This document shows, piece by piece, positions 10,776-21,865 of a DNA stretch of 64,000 nt (positions are counted from its first letter, which is position 1; each line of letters begins with the position of its first letter). Origin of the DNA: Schizochytrium sp. TIO01. Lineage: Eukaryota > Protista > Bigyra: Labyrinthulomycetes. The stretch is from assembly GCA_004764695.1 (NCBI GenBank), contig SMSO01000032.1:8154483-8218482 (forward strand), in the 5' to 3' direction. The notes under the pieces are model-generated. The model saw nothing but the letters and a program-made list of their open reading frames with translations, searched no databases and had not been told where the DNA came from. The position numbers and the translations under genes are program-made.

Positions 10776-12458
10776 AGTTTTAAAAAGTAGTATACATATA
10801 TACAAATATATAATATAGACACAAATCATCGAGGAGGGCAACAAATCTGGGGCGGCAGTAGTACAAATCACGCCGCGTGGAGCCTCATCAGCCGTTGCCG
10901 GCGGGGAGTTGAGGCGCCTATTTGCTAGGCTAAATTCAGGCCGCTTGCAGACAGCCACGGCCGAGACCCGAGCTGCGGCTCCCTTCTAACTATCGCACCA
11001 ACAGATTGGTTATTGGTTTGGTTGAGTCCCATTCTGGGCATGACGCCGTTGAGTTGATATGGGAACACATGTATGGAGGGCACAAGAGCAGAATCACAAA
11101 ATTGATGTGTGCCGTAGGTCCAAAGCAGGCCAAGGAGGCTCCAGCAGGCGTGTACAAACGATGCAGAGTTGTGCAAAAGTTGGAGAGTATGTGCAAAGGG
11201 GCGTGGTCTTGCAGCTGGGTCTGCGAAGATACTCTCGCAGTTATTTTGGCCACAAGAGAGCGCTTGGACAACTTTAAAGCTGGTACTGCACTGAGGATCC
11301 TTATGTAGATCCTTGAAATTAACTGATGACAAAAATAAAATGCCCTCTCCCGAATGTAATTATGGGTCTTTAATAATCGGTCAGAGCTTGCAGGATGAGA
11401 ACACTCGTGTCGAAAACTAAACTGCTCTGCTTTGGACATTCTATTTTCCTAAAGATTTCTAGATTGTTCATTTTTACGCTGCGAAAGAATGAGGTTGCGG
11501 TGTTTTAGAGCTTAGGATGGATCGTTCGAAGTCATGTTTAATCCTTTGCTGTCCGCGTTGTACACACCGTATCCGCAAACATATCAAAGAGGAGGGGACA
11601 ATTGTTGGCCATCCCCTTGCAAAAAATATTTCTCGGACATAATATGTAAAGTTAGGTACATATTCTCAAGGTCAGATATGTGTCAACTGATCGATGGTAA
11701 TTCAAGGTTTCAACGGCTTGGGAAAACAAGAGAGCTTAGCTTTCAAGAACTCGATGGGATCCTTACCCTGCTGATAAGAATCGAGAAAGGGGCTGTTTGA
11801 GCTTTCTTAGCTCCTTTTCTTCTTTCTCTCTCTCTAGCTTTCATAAACTTTATTCCCTTTTACTGTTGTTTCACTAAACTTCAGCTCAAAGCGGACCACC
11901 CCCAGTTTATACAATTTAACCCTTCCTTCATGTCACCTATTTAGTTTATAGATCGACGGTCTCAATGGGCTCTGTTCCTGGTGCTCGTCATCCTCGCTCT
12001 TCAGCGCCTATAATTCCATTTTCCCTCAAAATATCGCGATTTCAAGCCATTCTAAACGAGATATTTACCTCCTAAACTAGGCAACTTTCTCTGGGGTACA
12101 TCGAATATATTTCAAAAAGCAAGCCATTTCCTCTTTTGACCCTCGAACCTCATCGAAATCTGCGAAATCCCATCAACTATTGCGATTTTGTAATCCCGCT
12201 AGATTTTACACGAAGCCTCGGTCCCATTTTTGGTGGTACTCATTCCATAATTAAGTACCATATTTTTTAGATTCCAGATTATAGTACCAATCAATGATAC
12301 CAAACTGTGCAGCAACGGCGCCCTGAAGGGCGTACAAACCGACGTCAGGAGCGCCGAGCACCGCTGGAGCGTGACTCTGTCGTCCTGGCGACGTACCTTA
12401 TCTATCCCTACATCCACCTCAGGTCACAACCACTGCGAGTGCCAAGCGTGTGCTCAGG

Positions 12459-14453
12459 ATGGACGAAGCCCGGCGTCGTAATGAGGAGCGCAAGCGTGCT
12501 ATCGAGGCCAAGAAAAAGCGTCTCGAGGAGATCCGTCAGTCGAAGCGAGCTGCTGCCGAGGCATCTGCGGCTTCTCGGTCTGCAACAAGCTATGCGGATG
12601 ATGCTGATGATGACTCTACCGCTTACGCAGACGCTGGCACGCCCGCCCGAAAGCAGTATCTGACACCTGCCAAGTCCAAGTCACCTATGATGCAGCAACA
12701 AGACGATCCCGGACTTGACAACCTCATTGAATCGCTCCTCAGCACTCCAGCAGGTAAAAACGACAATGCAGAAACCTCTGCAGGGGATTATGGTGCCGCC
12801 GCAACTGATTTGAACTCCCCAGACCCTGCCCGAGAGCGCTTTATTGCTGGACCAAAGCCGACCTTGAAAAGGGTTACGCAGATTGGCACTGTGAATGTGC
12901 CTCTTCGTGAAGTTGATGCCTATGACAAAAGCACTCAGACTGATGTGGAGGTCCAGGCGGATGAAGACGAGTTTCCACGGCTGCAGTCAATTGGCTCGCC
13001 ACCTCAGAAGCAGCGAAGGTCATTTCGCAACACCGCGTCCGGAACCACGATGACACAGACCGCTGCAACCACAGAAATCTCACCTCTTGCATCAGGAATG
13101 AGCGAGGCCGGTTTCCAAAAGACCGCAGAGGATATTCCGCCTCTTGATGACGAGGAACGAACAGTGCTAGAGGCAGAACCTGGGTACAACAGTTTTCTTA
13201 ATCAGAGTGTTCGTGTGATGGAGCGTGCCATGAAACAAAACTCCTTATTCGATGTGACCATCGACTACGGCGGCCTCGAGTCGTCAAAGAAGACCGAGGT
13301 CGAACGGATCACTCTTCTGGAGACTATCTCTGATGAGAGGTGGAGCAGAGGGCGGACTGTGACGGATATCCAGTGGTCTCCGCACCACAAAGAGCTCTTC
13401 CTGGCATCTTACACCAAGCGCATGGTGAACTCAGAGCTGGATTGGTCGCGTGGAGCTTCCGATCCAAATGGTGTTGTGCTTATCTGGTCAACGCACATGG
13501 CTGGCGAACGACCTGAGTATGTTTTTACTTGTCCCTCCCCAGTCCATGCAGCATGTTTTCACCCTTATTCCGCCAACCTGGTCATTGGTGGTACCTATTC
13601 TGGCCAGATCGTAATGTGGGACTTGCGAGCCAAGTCTGTGCCTGTGCAGCGAAGTTTGCTTGCTCCGGAGTCACACACTCACCCTGTGTATTCTATGACT
13701 GTCACCGGTTCAGCTAACGCCCACAACTTGGTGAGTGTGAGTACTGATGGCCGCCTCTGTGTTTGGAATCTTGCGAACATTTCGGCGCCTACTGAAAGCC
13801 GCCAGCTGAAGTTCAATAAAAAAGATGTCACAGCCACTAGTTTGGCATTTGCTGATGGTGAAACCAATGAACTCTTTGTAGGATCTGAGGATGGTCGGCT
13901 TTTTCGCGCTCAGGTACATGGAACAAAGGCAGGAGTGCAGTCTCAGGTCGAAGCACACTTTGGTCCCATCACTAAGTTGCAGTTCCATAAGGGAGCGAGT
14001 GCGACATCAGACTTGATGCTTTCAGCATCCATGGATTGGACCGTCAAGCTTTGGTCTCATCGTGCTGGAGAAATCCCTTTGGCTTGCTTTGAGGGCTCTA
14101 CTGATTACGTCTTCGATGTCAAGTGGAGTCCTACACACCCCTCAGTTTTTGCTACTGTTAACGGAGCTGGAGCTCTCGATATTTGGAATATTAACCTTGA
14201 CCGAGAGATCCCTCAGGCAAAATTCAAGGTACCCTTGCCTGCAGGAGCGCAGGGCTCAACTGCTGCGCTTGCTAGTCTGCAGTGGGCTCCCAATGGCCGC
14301 CGCATCCTCGCAGGTGATGCACGTGGTAACGTCCACGTCTTTGATGTTACAGCAGATCTGGCAGTGCCCCGCCGAGATGAATGGTCACGCCTTGAGACTA
14401 CTGTGGCTGACCTTACTGATGAACTTGCTGCGAACGGAGGAGCAAGTAAATAA
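12459..14453 (+). CDS. DYNC1I: Cytoplasmic dynein 1 intermediate chain
   Basis: First ATG at 12459. N-terminal helix RKRAIEAKKKRLEEIRQ; LC8-type motif YDKSTQT; roadblock-binding-like FLNQSVRVMERAM; WD40 propeller with DERWSRGRTVTDIQWSP, GGTYSGQIVMWD, PVQRS, HTHPVY, SMDWTVKLW and VFDVKWSPTHP. Confidence 0.93.
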   Translation: MDEARRRNEERKRAIEAKKKRLEEIRQSKRAAAEASAASRSATSYADDADDDSTAYADAGTPARKQYLTPAKSKSPMMQQQDDPGLDNLIESLLSTPAGKNDNAETSAGDYGAAATDLNSPDPARERFIAGPKPTLKRVTQIGTVNVPLREVDAYDKSTQTDVEVQADEDEFPRLQSIGSPPQKQRRSFRNTASGTTMTQTAATTEISPLASGMSEAGFQKTAEDIPPLDDEERTVLEAEPGYNSFLNQSVRVMERAMKQNSLFDVTIDYGGLESSKKTEVERITLLETISDERWSRGRTVTDIQWSPHHKELFLASYTKRMVNSELDWSRGASDPNGVVLIWSTHMAGERPEYVFTCPSPVHAACFHPYSANLVIGGTYSGQIVMWDLRAKSVPVQRSLLAPESHTHPVYSMTVTGSANAHNLVSVSTDGRLCVWNLANISAPTESRQLKFNKKDVTATSLAFADGETNELFVGSEDGRLFRAQVHGTKAGVQSQVEAHFGPITKLQFHKGASATSDLMLSASMDWTVKLWSHRAGEIPLACFEGSTDYVFDVKWSPTHPSVFATVNGAGALDIWNINLDREIPQAKFKVPLPAGAQGSTAALASLQWAPNGRRILAGDARGNVHVFDVTADLAVPRRDEWSRLETTVADLTDELAANGGASK

Positions 14454-14857
14454 GACCGTTCTGCAACAAACCCTATCTGTAGTCATCCACTAAAGAAGCA
14501 ACGCGATACTGTTAGGTACTATAATGGTGTCTCTGTGCCTTGTTGCCCTCTGCAAATAAAAAGTTAGGGCTGTCACTATCTTCTCTCAGGGGAGGCAAGA
14601 TTGGATTTGTCCTTTGTTACCGACGACATCTTACATACACTTGGTTTCTAGTATACACATGATAACAAATAAAATAGAAAAATAAAAAATGCAATTTAAA
14701 CAAATAATGTTTCTGGCTGTACACTGTCAACTAAGAATAAAAGTGAGCAGCTACTAAGGGAGTGAAAAGGTTGCACATGCTCGATTTTGTCTACTTGAGC
14801 TGCAAATTCACCTTCCTTCATGGAACGTATAGTTCTATTACTATCATAAAAATCTAT

Positions 14858-16786
14858 CTATCTTTTGACTGGGCCACGATTGCGTTCTTTCTCAAGCTGA
14901 TCGAAGTCAGCCCGCCCGCTTGCTGTCTTCGAATCGATAATTGTTAGTTCAGCCTCTTCAGAAGTTTCCTCGGAGACACCGCGGCGCCCGGCATTGTCAG
15001 AGCCTTTCTTTGCGACACGAAACGCATCGTCAATGTGGCTTCTAAAGCGCAACTCTGTGTGCATCCAGGCATTACTATTGGCATCTGGAAGGTCATCATC
15101 CTCCATGCGATTCTCACCAATGCCCCCTTTGTAGTTTTCTTCGGTTTTTGCTACATCCAGTATCGGTGTTCCTCCGCATTCCCTATCTGCTACATCAGAG
15201 GAAGAGCTAGAACTAGAACTTGTTTTCCCAGATGCACCAGCCTTTGTAGTTGCTAGTTTAGCCTGGAACTCTTTAAGTTTTGCAAGAGTAGACTTTTGAT
15301 GAGATTTGCTATTTCCAGCCAGGGTTTTATTGCTCATATATTTCGCTCGGCGCTGCTCAAATGCAGACATTGTACTTTCCTGAACAATTTCACTTTTGCT
15401 GCTGGAATGTCCATGTTTAATCTTGTTTCGGAGTTCCTCGCGCAGCTTCTCCATCTCGTCCAGTTCTTTTTTGGGTGCAGCCGCAGAGGATGATGATGAA
15501 GAAGAAGGCCTATTGCTTTCACGACGATGTTTGTCTCGGTTAGAAGACTCTTCTTTAGATAACGAGGACTTATGCCTTTTATGCTTCTTGCGATCCTTGG
15601 AAGAGTCGTCATGGTCTCTCTTTGAAGATTCGCGACGGTCACTCTTCCGGTGACGGCGTTCTTCATTTTCGTCCTCACTGCCATTGGATGATCCTCTGCT
15701 ACGGTGCCGATCGCTCTTACGTCTGTGGCGACGCTTATCCTGATCTTCGCTAATTTCATCATCACTGGAGTGATCTCTATCGCGGTCACGCTTGGTTGAC
15801 TTAGACTTACGCATTGAGCTTTCGCTTCGATCTTTCGGTCTCTTTTCGCGTTTCTCTTTCTTTTCTTTTCTCTCTTTTCTCTCTCCTTTTCCATGCCTTC
15901 TATTCTCATCGTGTTTAACAAGGTCAGCGTCTGCATCTGCCTGAGCAACGCTTTCTAGTTCGGTACGACCCGTTGGGGATTCGGGCTTAGCAGACGTCAT
16001 TGAAGGTATTTGTGCCGAGGAAGACGATGAAGACACGGCTGCACGTTTGTCATCAGATGGCTGCAACGCATGGTTTGTGAGGTTAACAGAAAAGTCCACG
16101 GGATCCTCATCCTCTTCAACCCCAAAAGATACTAGCCTCGTGTCCTTTTTATCCAGATGCTTACGCTCTTTCTTCTTGCGTTTGGCTTCTTTCTTCGCTT
16201 CCTTACGCCGTTTTTCCTCTTCAATCTCGTGGCGAGATTTACGAGGTTTGAGATCTGTGAATGGGTTATCCAGTACCTTCGTAGATATGATTTTCGGCTC
16301 TGGAGCCGTGGGCCTTCCGTCTTCGCTGACTTCCACGCCATCAAACTTATGCAAATTGTACACAGAGTCGCCGGTGACTTTGCCAAAGATCGTATGTTGT
16401 TTGTTTAGCCATTCGCACGCTCCTAGCGTAATAAAGAACTGGCTCCCATTAGAGTTCTTCTGGTTATCTTTAGAAGCCATAGCAAGAAGCCCTGGGCGCA
16501 CAAAATTCAGACGCTGATGAATTTCATCGCGAAATGGTTTTCCATTATAAATAGATTCACCGCCGTTGCCTGTTCCTGAGGGATCACCGGTTTGGGCCAT
16601 GAATTTCTTGACAACGCGATGAAAAATGACATCATCGTAGTAGTCCTCCAGGCATAGGGTCACAAAGTTTTTACACGCCATAGGTGCTTGCTGAGTCCAT
16701 AGTTCCACCTCAAAGTCGCCAAGGCTCGTCTTCACAAGCACGCGTCCTGCCGTCGGTGGCTCATCCGGGCGCACGAAATCGCCCAT
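14858..16786 (-). CDS. CWC27: Spliceosome-associated cyclophilin CWC27
   Basis: N-terminal EPPTAGRVLVKT...ELW...APMACKNFVTLCLE.YYD..IFHRVV...GDPSGTGNGGESIY...NGSQFFITL...HTIFGKVTGDSVYN...NPF.D; LVSFG motif; K/R/S/D-rich low-complexity middle; C-terminal TLAKLKEF and WMHTELRF blocks. Confidence 0.9.
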   Translation of the reverse strand: MGDFVRPDEPPTAGRVLVKTSLGDFEVELWTQQAPMACKNFVTLCLEDYYDDVIFHRVVKKFMAQTGDPSGTGNGGESIYNGKPFRDEIHQRLNFVRPGLLAMASKDNQKNSNGSQFFITLGACEWLNKQHTIFGKVTGDSVYNLHKFDGVEVSEDGRPTAPEPKIISTKVLDNPFTDLKPRKSRHEIEEEKRRKEAKKEAKRKKKERKHLDKKDTRLVSFGVEEDEDPVDFSVNLTNHALQPSDDKRAAVSSSSSSAQIPSMTSAKPESPTGRTELESVAQADADADLVKHDENRRHGKGERKERKEKKEKREKRPKDRSESSMRKSKSTKRDRDRDHSSDDEISEDQDKRRHRRKSDRHRSRGSSNGSEDENEERRHRKSDRRESSKRDHDDSSKDRKKHKRHKSSLSKEESSNRDKHRRESNRPSSSSSSSAAAPKKELDEMEKLREELRNKIKHGHSSSKSEIVQESTMSAFEQRRAKYMSNKTLAGNSKSHQKSTLAKLKEFQAKLATTKAGASGKTSSSSSSSSDVADRECGGTPILDVAKTEENYKGGIGENRMEDDDLPDANSNAWMHTELRFRSHIDDAFRVAKKGSDNAGRRGVSEETSEEAELTIIDSKTASGRADFDQLEKERNRGPVKR

Positions 16787-17994
16787 GTTTCGAGGCCTTA
16801 CTCTTGATCAAATGCAGTGCCGCTAGAATCAAGTGACGCAGGTCGCTCAATGCTCCTCGCAGTCCACAAAAAGAATTGGTCACGGGCCCCCACCGCGCCA
16901 ATCCGCTTTCCTTCAAGTGCTCGCAAAATCGCTCTTTGCCATATGTGCCGCCCATCATGAAAAGAGGCCTATTTAATGTCAACAACCTCTTCAAAGTGGC
17001 CCAATGTTGCTCTCTTTTTCTTTCTTTTTTCAATTGAAAATCAGGCCTATTTCTCAAATAGGCCCGTTCAGCCTTCAATGGTTTGCAAATTCGCAGTCAG
17101 TCCGACGAAATGTTGAGCACAGATGTGAACTTGGGCAAACTGAGCGCTGCTTCGAGCGATATACCGAATACTCTTCTAAAGTATCAAAGCCAACGCTGCA
17201 TCGATTGATATTCGCGTTGCTCAGAACGAGGGCTCTCCTTTCCTTGAATTATAGATTATAGAGGCGACGAGCGATTGTGAAGGAAGAAGACAAACAACGA
17301 AGCAAGATAAGCTTGCCAATAACACGCATGATCTTGGAACAGAAAGCACACACGCACACAGAGACAGAAGGTTAAGGTTGATTTTAATGAGAGCCGCCGT
17401 TTCTAACTCCTTCGCAGCTGGACGAAGCCATGCTCCTCTGCGTAGCGTCGTCGCGAACGCGGAGGGAGAGATGAAGACGGCGGCCAGGATTTGCTTTCGC
17501 GATCAATCAAGACCCACTATCGTTTTCGTTCCTGGATTTGGTTTGTTTCCATCTTTGCATTCGGAACTAAATAAACAACAATCACGTCAGTGATTACAAA
17601 ATACATAAATAAAGAGTTGTAAAACTGTTAGAAAAGGAGGAATTCGTTACAAAGGTACAACTTGAAAGGCTTTTTACAATTAATTTTCTTTGAAGTAAAG
17701 TAAAGTCAAATGTCAATTAAAATTTATTCACTGGGATCCAAAACTTGGAGTGCTAGGGGCTCCTACCGAAAAGCTTAGAGAAAAGGGGACGCTAAGGTGA
17801 AAAGGAAACAGACGCACCCAAAGCAAATCCTTATTTGTGCCGCTGCTACCGACAGTCCATCGCTTGCGAAGCTGGTCATGAGCCTCGGCATGTGTGTTTT
17901 TGCGTCGCTAGTTTGCACTCTGAGCAATCGACAGCGCTTGAATCGACCTCTGATTGATTTGCACAGGGCCTCCTTTGAGGGCGAATCCCAAGGA

Positions 17995-18092
17995 AGCAAG
18001 CAAACAAATAAACAAACTAACTAACTAACCACTTGAAACGAATAAGTAAATAAATGAGTGAATAAATGAGTGAATAAATGAATGAATAAGTA
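17995..18092. repeat. Compound tetranucleotide and 12-bp repeats (CAAG/CAAA/CTAA; TAAATGAGTGAA)
   Basis: Read directly in the CWC27-epimerase divergent intergenic region. Confidence 0.7.
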
Positions 18093-18702
18093 ACCAATAT
18101 TAACAAAAAGGAGTTTTTCTTCTTTATTGCTTTCTTTCTTCTGTTTATTTGTTCGGTCCTCCCTCAAAAACTGTTCTGCACGCTTCGCAAAAACCCAACG
18201 ATCGAAGGGGAAACTAATCAAAAGGGCACGTCCAAAGGGTCTCGCGAGGTCCCAGGATGCACGCAGGGGGGATATAGACGTGTGCTCTCTGGTCTTAGCT
18301 GTACATTTTACGATGATGTGAAGGAGCAGAGGACGATAATCGATGGATTCCAACTTACGAAATTCCTTTCTTCCTTCCTTCGTTCTCTTTCCCGGCTGCG
18401 CAGTGCTCGTACCGACTGCTATACAATACTTAGAGTTAGCTCTAAGAGTCGGAATCATGTTTGTTATCTTTTCTTTAAGATTTCTTTCAGATTCAATATT
18501 GTAATTGTTAAAGAATGAATGCATTGTTTTTGATCAATTACAGACGAACTTGAAGAAGAAATCGGCATTACCTACATAATAGATATCGACGACGTCACAA
18601 CAAAGTTTTACAACCAGCAGAACCTAAACTCGCGAGAGAACTCGCACATTTGCTTTGGACTCGCGGACCGTGCGCCTGTACACCCGTGCAATTTAAGAGA
18701 CC

Positions 18703-19248
18703 ATGTGGGCAGCAGCAGCAGCGGCGTCCAAGCGCCTGGTACCTGCCTCGATGATGGCCAAGCGGGAGCTCTCGGCCTCTACCAAAGGCCCCAAGACCTT
18801 CAAGGTCCTTGGCATCCAACAAATTGCACTTGGAGGCCTTGACAAAAACGAGATGAACAAGCTCTGGGTGGACACCTTCGGTCTCACCAAGGTCAAGGAT
18901 TTTCAAAGTGAGAAGGAAAATGTTGACGAAGACGTTCTCACCATGGGCAAGGGCCCGTACGCCGTCGAGGTCGACATTATGCAGCCACTAGACCCGAACA
19001 AGAGCCCGAAGGTCCATATCCCGGCGCTTAACCACGTTGGACTCTGGATCGATGACCTCGACGCAGCATACAAGGAGCTCCAGGAAATGGGAGTTCGTTT
19101 TACTCCTGGTGGCGTGCGCCCTGGTGCCAGCGGCCACAATGTTTGCTTTATTCACCCCAAGGGCAATGACAAGTCCCCTATTGGAGGCGCCGGCGTCCTC
19201 ATCGAGCTTGTCCAGGCTCCTCCTGATGTTGTCAAGGCCCTCAAGTAA
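18703..19248 (+). CDS. MCEE: VOC/glyoxalase-superfamily protein, probable methylmalonyl-CoA epimerase, with predicted mitochondrial presequence
   Basis: Motifs [29 protein letters not shown]...[15 protein letters not shown]...GVLIELVQ fit the epimerase-type VOC fold (G.HG..V.F.HPK...GVL.EL.Q). The N-terminus [23 protein letters not shown] is Ala/Arg/Lys-rich. Substrate is inferred. Confidence 0.75.
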   Translation: MWAAAAAASKRLVPASMMAKRELSASTKGPKTFKVLGIQQIALGGLDKNEMNKLWVDTFGLTKVKDFQSEKENVDEDVLTMGKGPYAVEVDIMQPLDPNKSPKVHIPALNHVGLWIDDLDAAYKELQEMGVRFTPGGVRPGASGHNVCFIHPKGNDKSPIGGAGVLIELVQAPPDVVKALK

Positions 19249-19652
19249 GCAGCTAGGAAATCGTAGACTAGACTTTTGATTCGGGAGATATCACCAGTCC
19301 AACGGGTTGCTCTCGAGGATAGATTAAGATTCGAGTTTTCGATAAACAGCTGAACACAACTAGTGTTGTACGCCGGAAATCTCTCTGTTGAAAGCAATGT
19401 TGTTGTTTCAAACACCGAGGTGCACGATACTGGTTCATTCAATTTTTAACTTTCATAAAATCATTTGATTAAACATTTTTGCTGCACATTAAGTGTTTTA
19501 CTCCAGAGTTTTCCTACCAATACCCACTTGCTTAGTTAGAATAAGAGCGAGAATTAGGAGTTTTTTTTTTTAACAAACCACATGGTCAATATCCTATCTG
19601 ACTTATTCTCGATTTGGGTAGGGTTGTGTACGTTTTGACGAAACGATCTCGA

Positions 19653-20849
19653 CTAGCCTGTAATCGACAAGTTCTCATAAGGGGGGTTTCGAGACCGAAA
19701 TTCTGTTACTGCCTTTGCTTTAGCCTCATTTTGTTTACGTCGGATCAGCATTTCTCTTGCTCTAGTTTTTGACATATCCTTGAGATCAGAGTCACTGAGC
19801 TGTGCGAGATCTTTGGCGTTACGCAAGTCCTTGCGCACAGCTTTGGCTAATGCATTCAATTCATTTATGCCATATTGAGACTTTAGCCAAGCGTGTACCT
19901 TGCCAGTGGCATTCTTCATAGCAAGCTCTACAAACTCTTGCTCGCTCTTTTGGCGCTGAGCTTCTGCGATCAAATGCTGTTCATTGCAGAGTTGTGCAAT
20001 TTGAGCGGCATACATTTGAGCTTGATCCATCTCGTAAGCAAGAGCATCCAGCTCAGCAAGGTATGCACTCTTTTCTGATTGCTCTTGAGTAATCATTGCT
20101 GAGGCTCGTTCACGCAGTTGAGCGTATGCAGGACCAGAGTGGGCATTTAAAAATTCGTGCAAATGCGCATTGTTTGGTGCACACTTGTGAGCAATGTCTA
20201 TTGGTGTACGCCCTCTTGAGTTGCGAATCTCAAGGGCTAAAATTGCTTTCGGCGTTGCTTTGAACAATGCTCTCATTATCATGACGCTCTCTGTTCGGGC
20301 AAGTAAATGAATACAAGTGTCACCATTTCGATCCTGCTCTAGGACATTCATGTGTAATAATCCAATAAGGTTTCGGATGAGCATGACTCTCAAAGCAGCA
20401 TGGTTGTCTTTCCCAACACAGGCTTCCATTAGAACTGTCGAACCCATAGCATCGCGCTCTTCCACAAGCCAGGGAGCATACTCGATAAGTAAGCGAGCCA
20501 CATGATAATGAGCATGCCAGCATGCAATGTGTAATACATTCCGGTTCTTGTGTAGCAATTTCCATCCATCTTCGCCAGCTCCTTGAATACACTCTTTCAC
20601 AAAACGAGCATCACCGCGCTCACAGGCCTGCTCGAAAGAATCATGCATCTGTGGACCAACATAGGTTGTCATCTCCTCCAAATCTGAGTTCAACTCCCAG
20701 CCTAATTTAGCCTGCGCCTGGACAGAGGTCAGCACTGCACTCGATGGTCGCTTCGAACTCTGGCGTCCATCATGAGTTCGCTTGATTGCATTTTTGCTAT
20801 GCTTGAGCTTTTCCAAAGCCCTTTCCGCAGTTCGGCCCTGCAAAGTCAT
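19653..20849 (-). CDS. Ankyrin-repeat protein with C-terminal coiled coil
   Basis: Ankyrin-like repeats NVLHIACWHAHYHVARLLI, DAMGSTVLMEAC, DRNGDTCIHLLA and NSRGRTPIDIA, followed by an A/E/Q/K-rich helical tail. Confidence 0.85.
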   Translation of the reverse strand: MTLQGRTAERALEKLKHSKNAIKRTHDGRQSSKRPSSAVLTSVQAQAKLGWELNSDLEEMTTYVGPQMHDSFEQACERGDARFVKECIQGAGEDGWKLLHKNRNVLHIACWHAHYHVARLLIEYAPWLVEERDAMGSTVLMEACVGKDNHAALRVMLIRNLIGLLHMNVLEQDRNGDTCIHLLARTESVMIMRALFKATPKAILALEIRNSRGRTPIDIAHKCAPNNAHLHEFLNAHSGPAYAQLRERASAMITQEQSEKSAYLAELDALAYEMDQAQMYAAQIAQLCNEQHLIAEAQRQKSEQEFVELAMKNATGKVHAWLKSQYGINELNALAKAVRKDLRNAKDLAQLSDSDLKDMSKTRAREMLIRRKQNEAKAKAVTEFRSRNPPYENLSITG

Positions 20850-21207
20850 CGTGCACTCAATCTTGGTCGAAACTCTTCGCCCTGAGCTCTGATAGTGGCA
20901 TCAGATCACTCTGTAGACTTTGCCATCCTCGGGAGCTTGGCAGACCGCAAACCACAAACAAGGTAAATCACCATCTCGATTCAAGCACACTAAGTATGCT
21001 ATTCAGTGGATCTATGTTGACAACGGATTTTTTTTTGTTTTTTTTTTAAAGATAAAAGAAATACCTGTAAAACTGTGAGGAAATACAAAGTATCATAGAA
21101 GAGTTATTGTCTTGGCTCATGAAAAGGTATGGGCGTTTTGACATCTAGTGAGAGTATGCGTGTTAGTTTGGGCCAATCACCACGCCGTTATCACTGCTTG
21201 AAGCACG

Positions 21208-21750
21208 CTAGTTGGAGTAATCCTCGTTCTCAGTCTTTTCATCAATGGAGACGCCTGAAGAAGGTATATGGTTTAAGATAGGAGATGCATTCAATGAGGC
21301 AACCTGACGCTGAAGCCATACAAATGCAGAATCGAGCGGGCAGAGAAGTTGCGAATGAGGAAAGCTTAACTGATTTGGAGAGCCTGCTCGCATCAAGCGA
21401 AGGAGGCGAAAGCGTGAGCATGGGATGAGAACCAGGGAATCTTCATAATTTAACGAGTCCAAATAACTTGCAAGAAGGTAAACATCTGGATTGCCTCGAG
21501 TTGCCCAATCCCGCCAAAGCGTTTGCCCATCTTGAAGCAAGGGGAGTAACCAAGGGTATGCAATCATGCCGATTTGAGTAGTATTATTTTGATCTCCCGT
21601 GGTGAAGGCGATGACATCCCCATACGCAAGATTGTGGTCTCTCAGGAAGGTTTCTGTACGATGGAGGGCGGCTAAGAACGCTGCAAAGAGAAGGTACTCA
21701 TCTGGCTGTAGATCAGCCACGCTAATCTCGAGGTTCTGAGGCAATGTCAT
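21208..21750 (-). CDS. Hypothetical protein (180 aa), no family recognised
   Basis: ATG-initiated 180-codon ORF with globular-like composition that occupies otherwise empty space between two minus-strand genes; no motif recognised. Confidence 0.55.
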   Translation of the reverse strand: MTLPQNLEISVADLQPDEYLLFAAFLAALHRTETFLRDHNLAYGDVIAFTTGDQNNTTQIGMIAYPWLLPLLQDGQTLWRDWATRGNPDVYLLASYLDSLNYEDSLVLIPCSRFRLLRLMRAGSPNQLSFPHSQLLCPLDSAFVWLQRQVASLNASPILNHIPSSGVSIDEKTENEDYSN

Positions 21751-21865
21751 TTGGGATTTGCTGACTGTCTACAGAGCAGAATTCTTCAAACCAGCCCTAA
21801 CCTAGAGAAAGGTGCACTCTCAATTTGGTGCTATTATCTTCTTGTCAAGGTTCGCAGAATTCAGA

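Noticed and set aside
10317-10958. 213-aa poly-ILV ORF and antisense poly-ITK ORF
   Set aside because: Translations of the 9-bp minisatellite, which has no stops in those frames.
11400-12295. Sequence with the feel of a non-autonomous DNA transposon, including a TGGTACT...AGTACCA mini-hairpin near 12234-12260 (similar impression at 31.9 and 52.6-53.3 kb)
   Set aside because: I could not find terminal inverted repeats, target-site duplications or a second copy in the window; needs a genome-wide repeat search.
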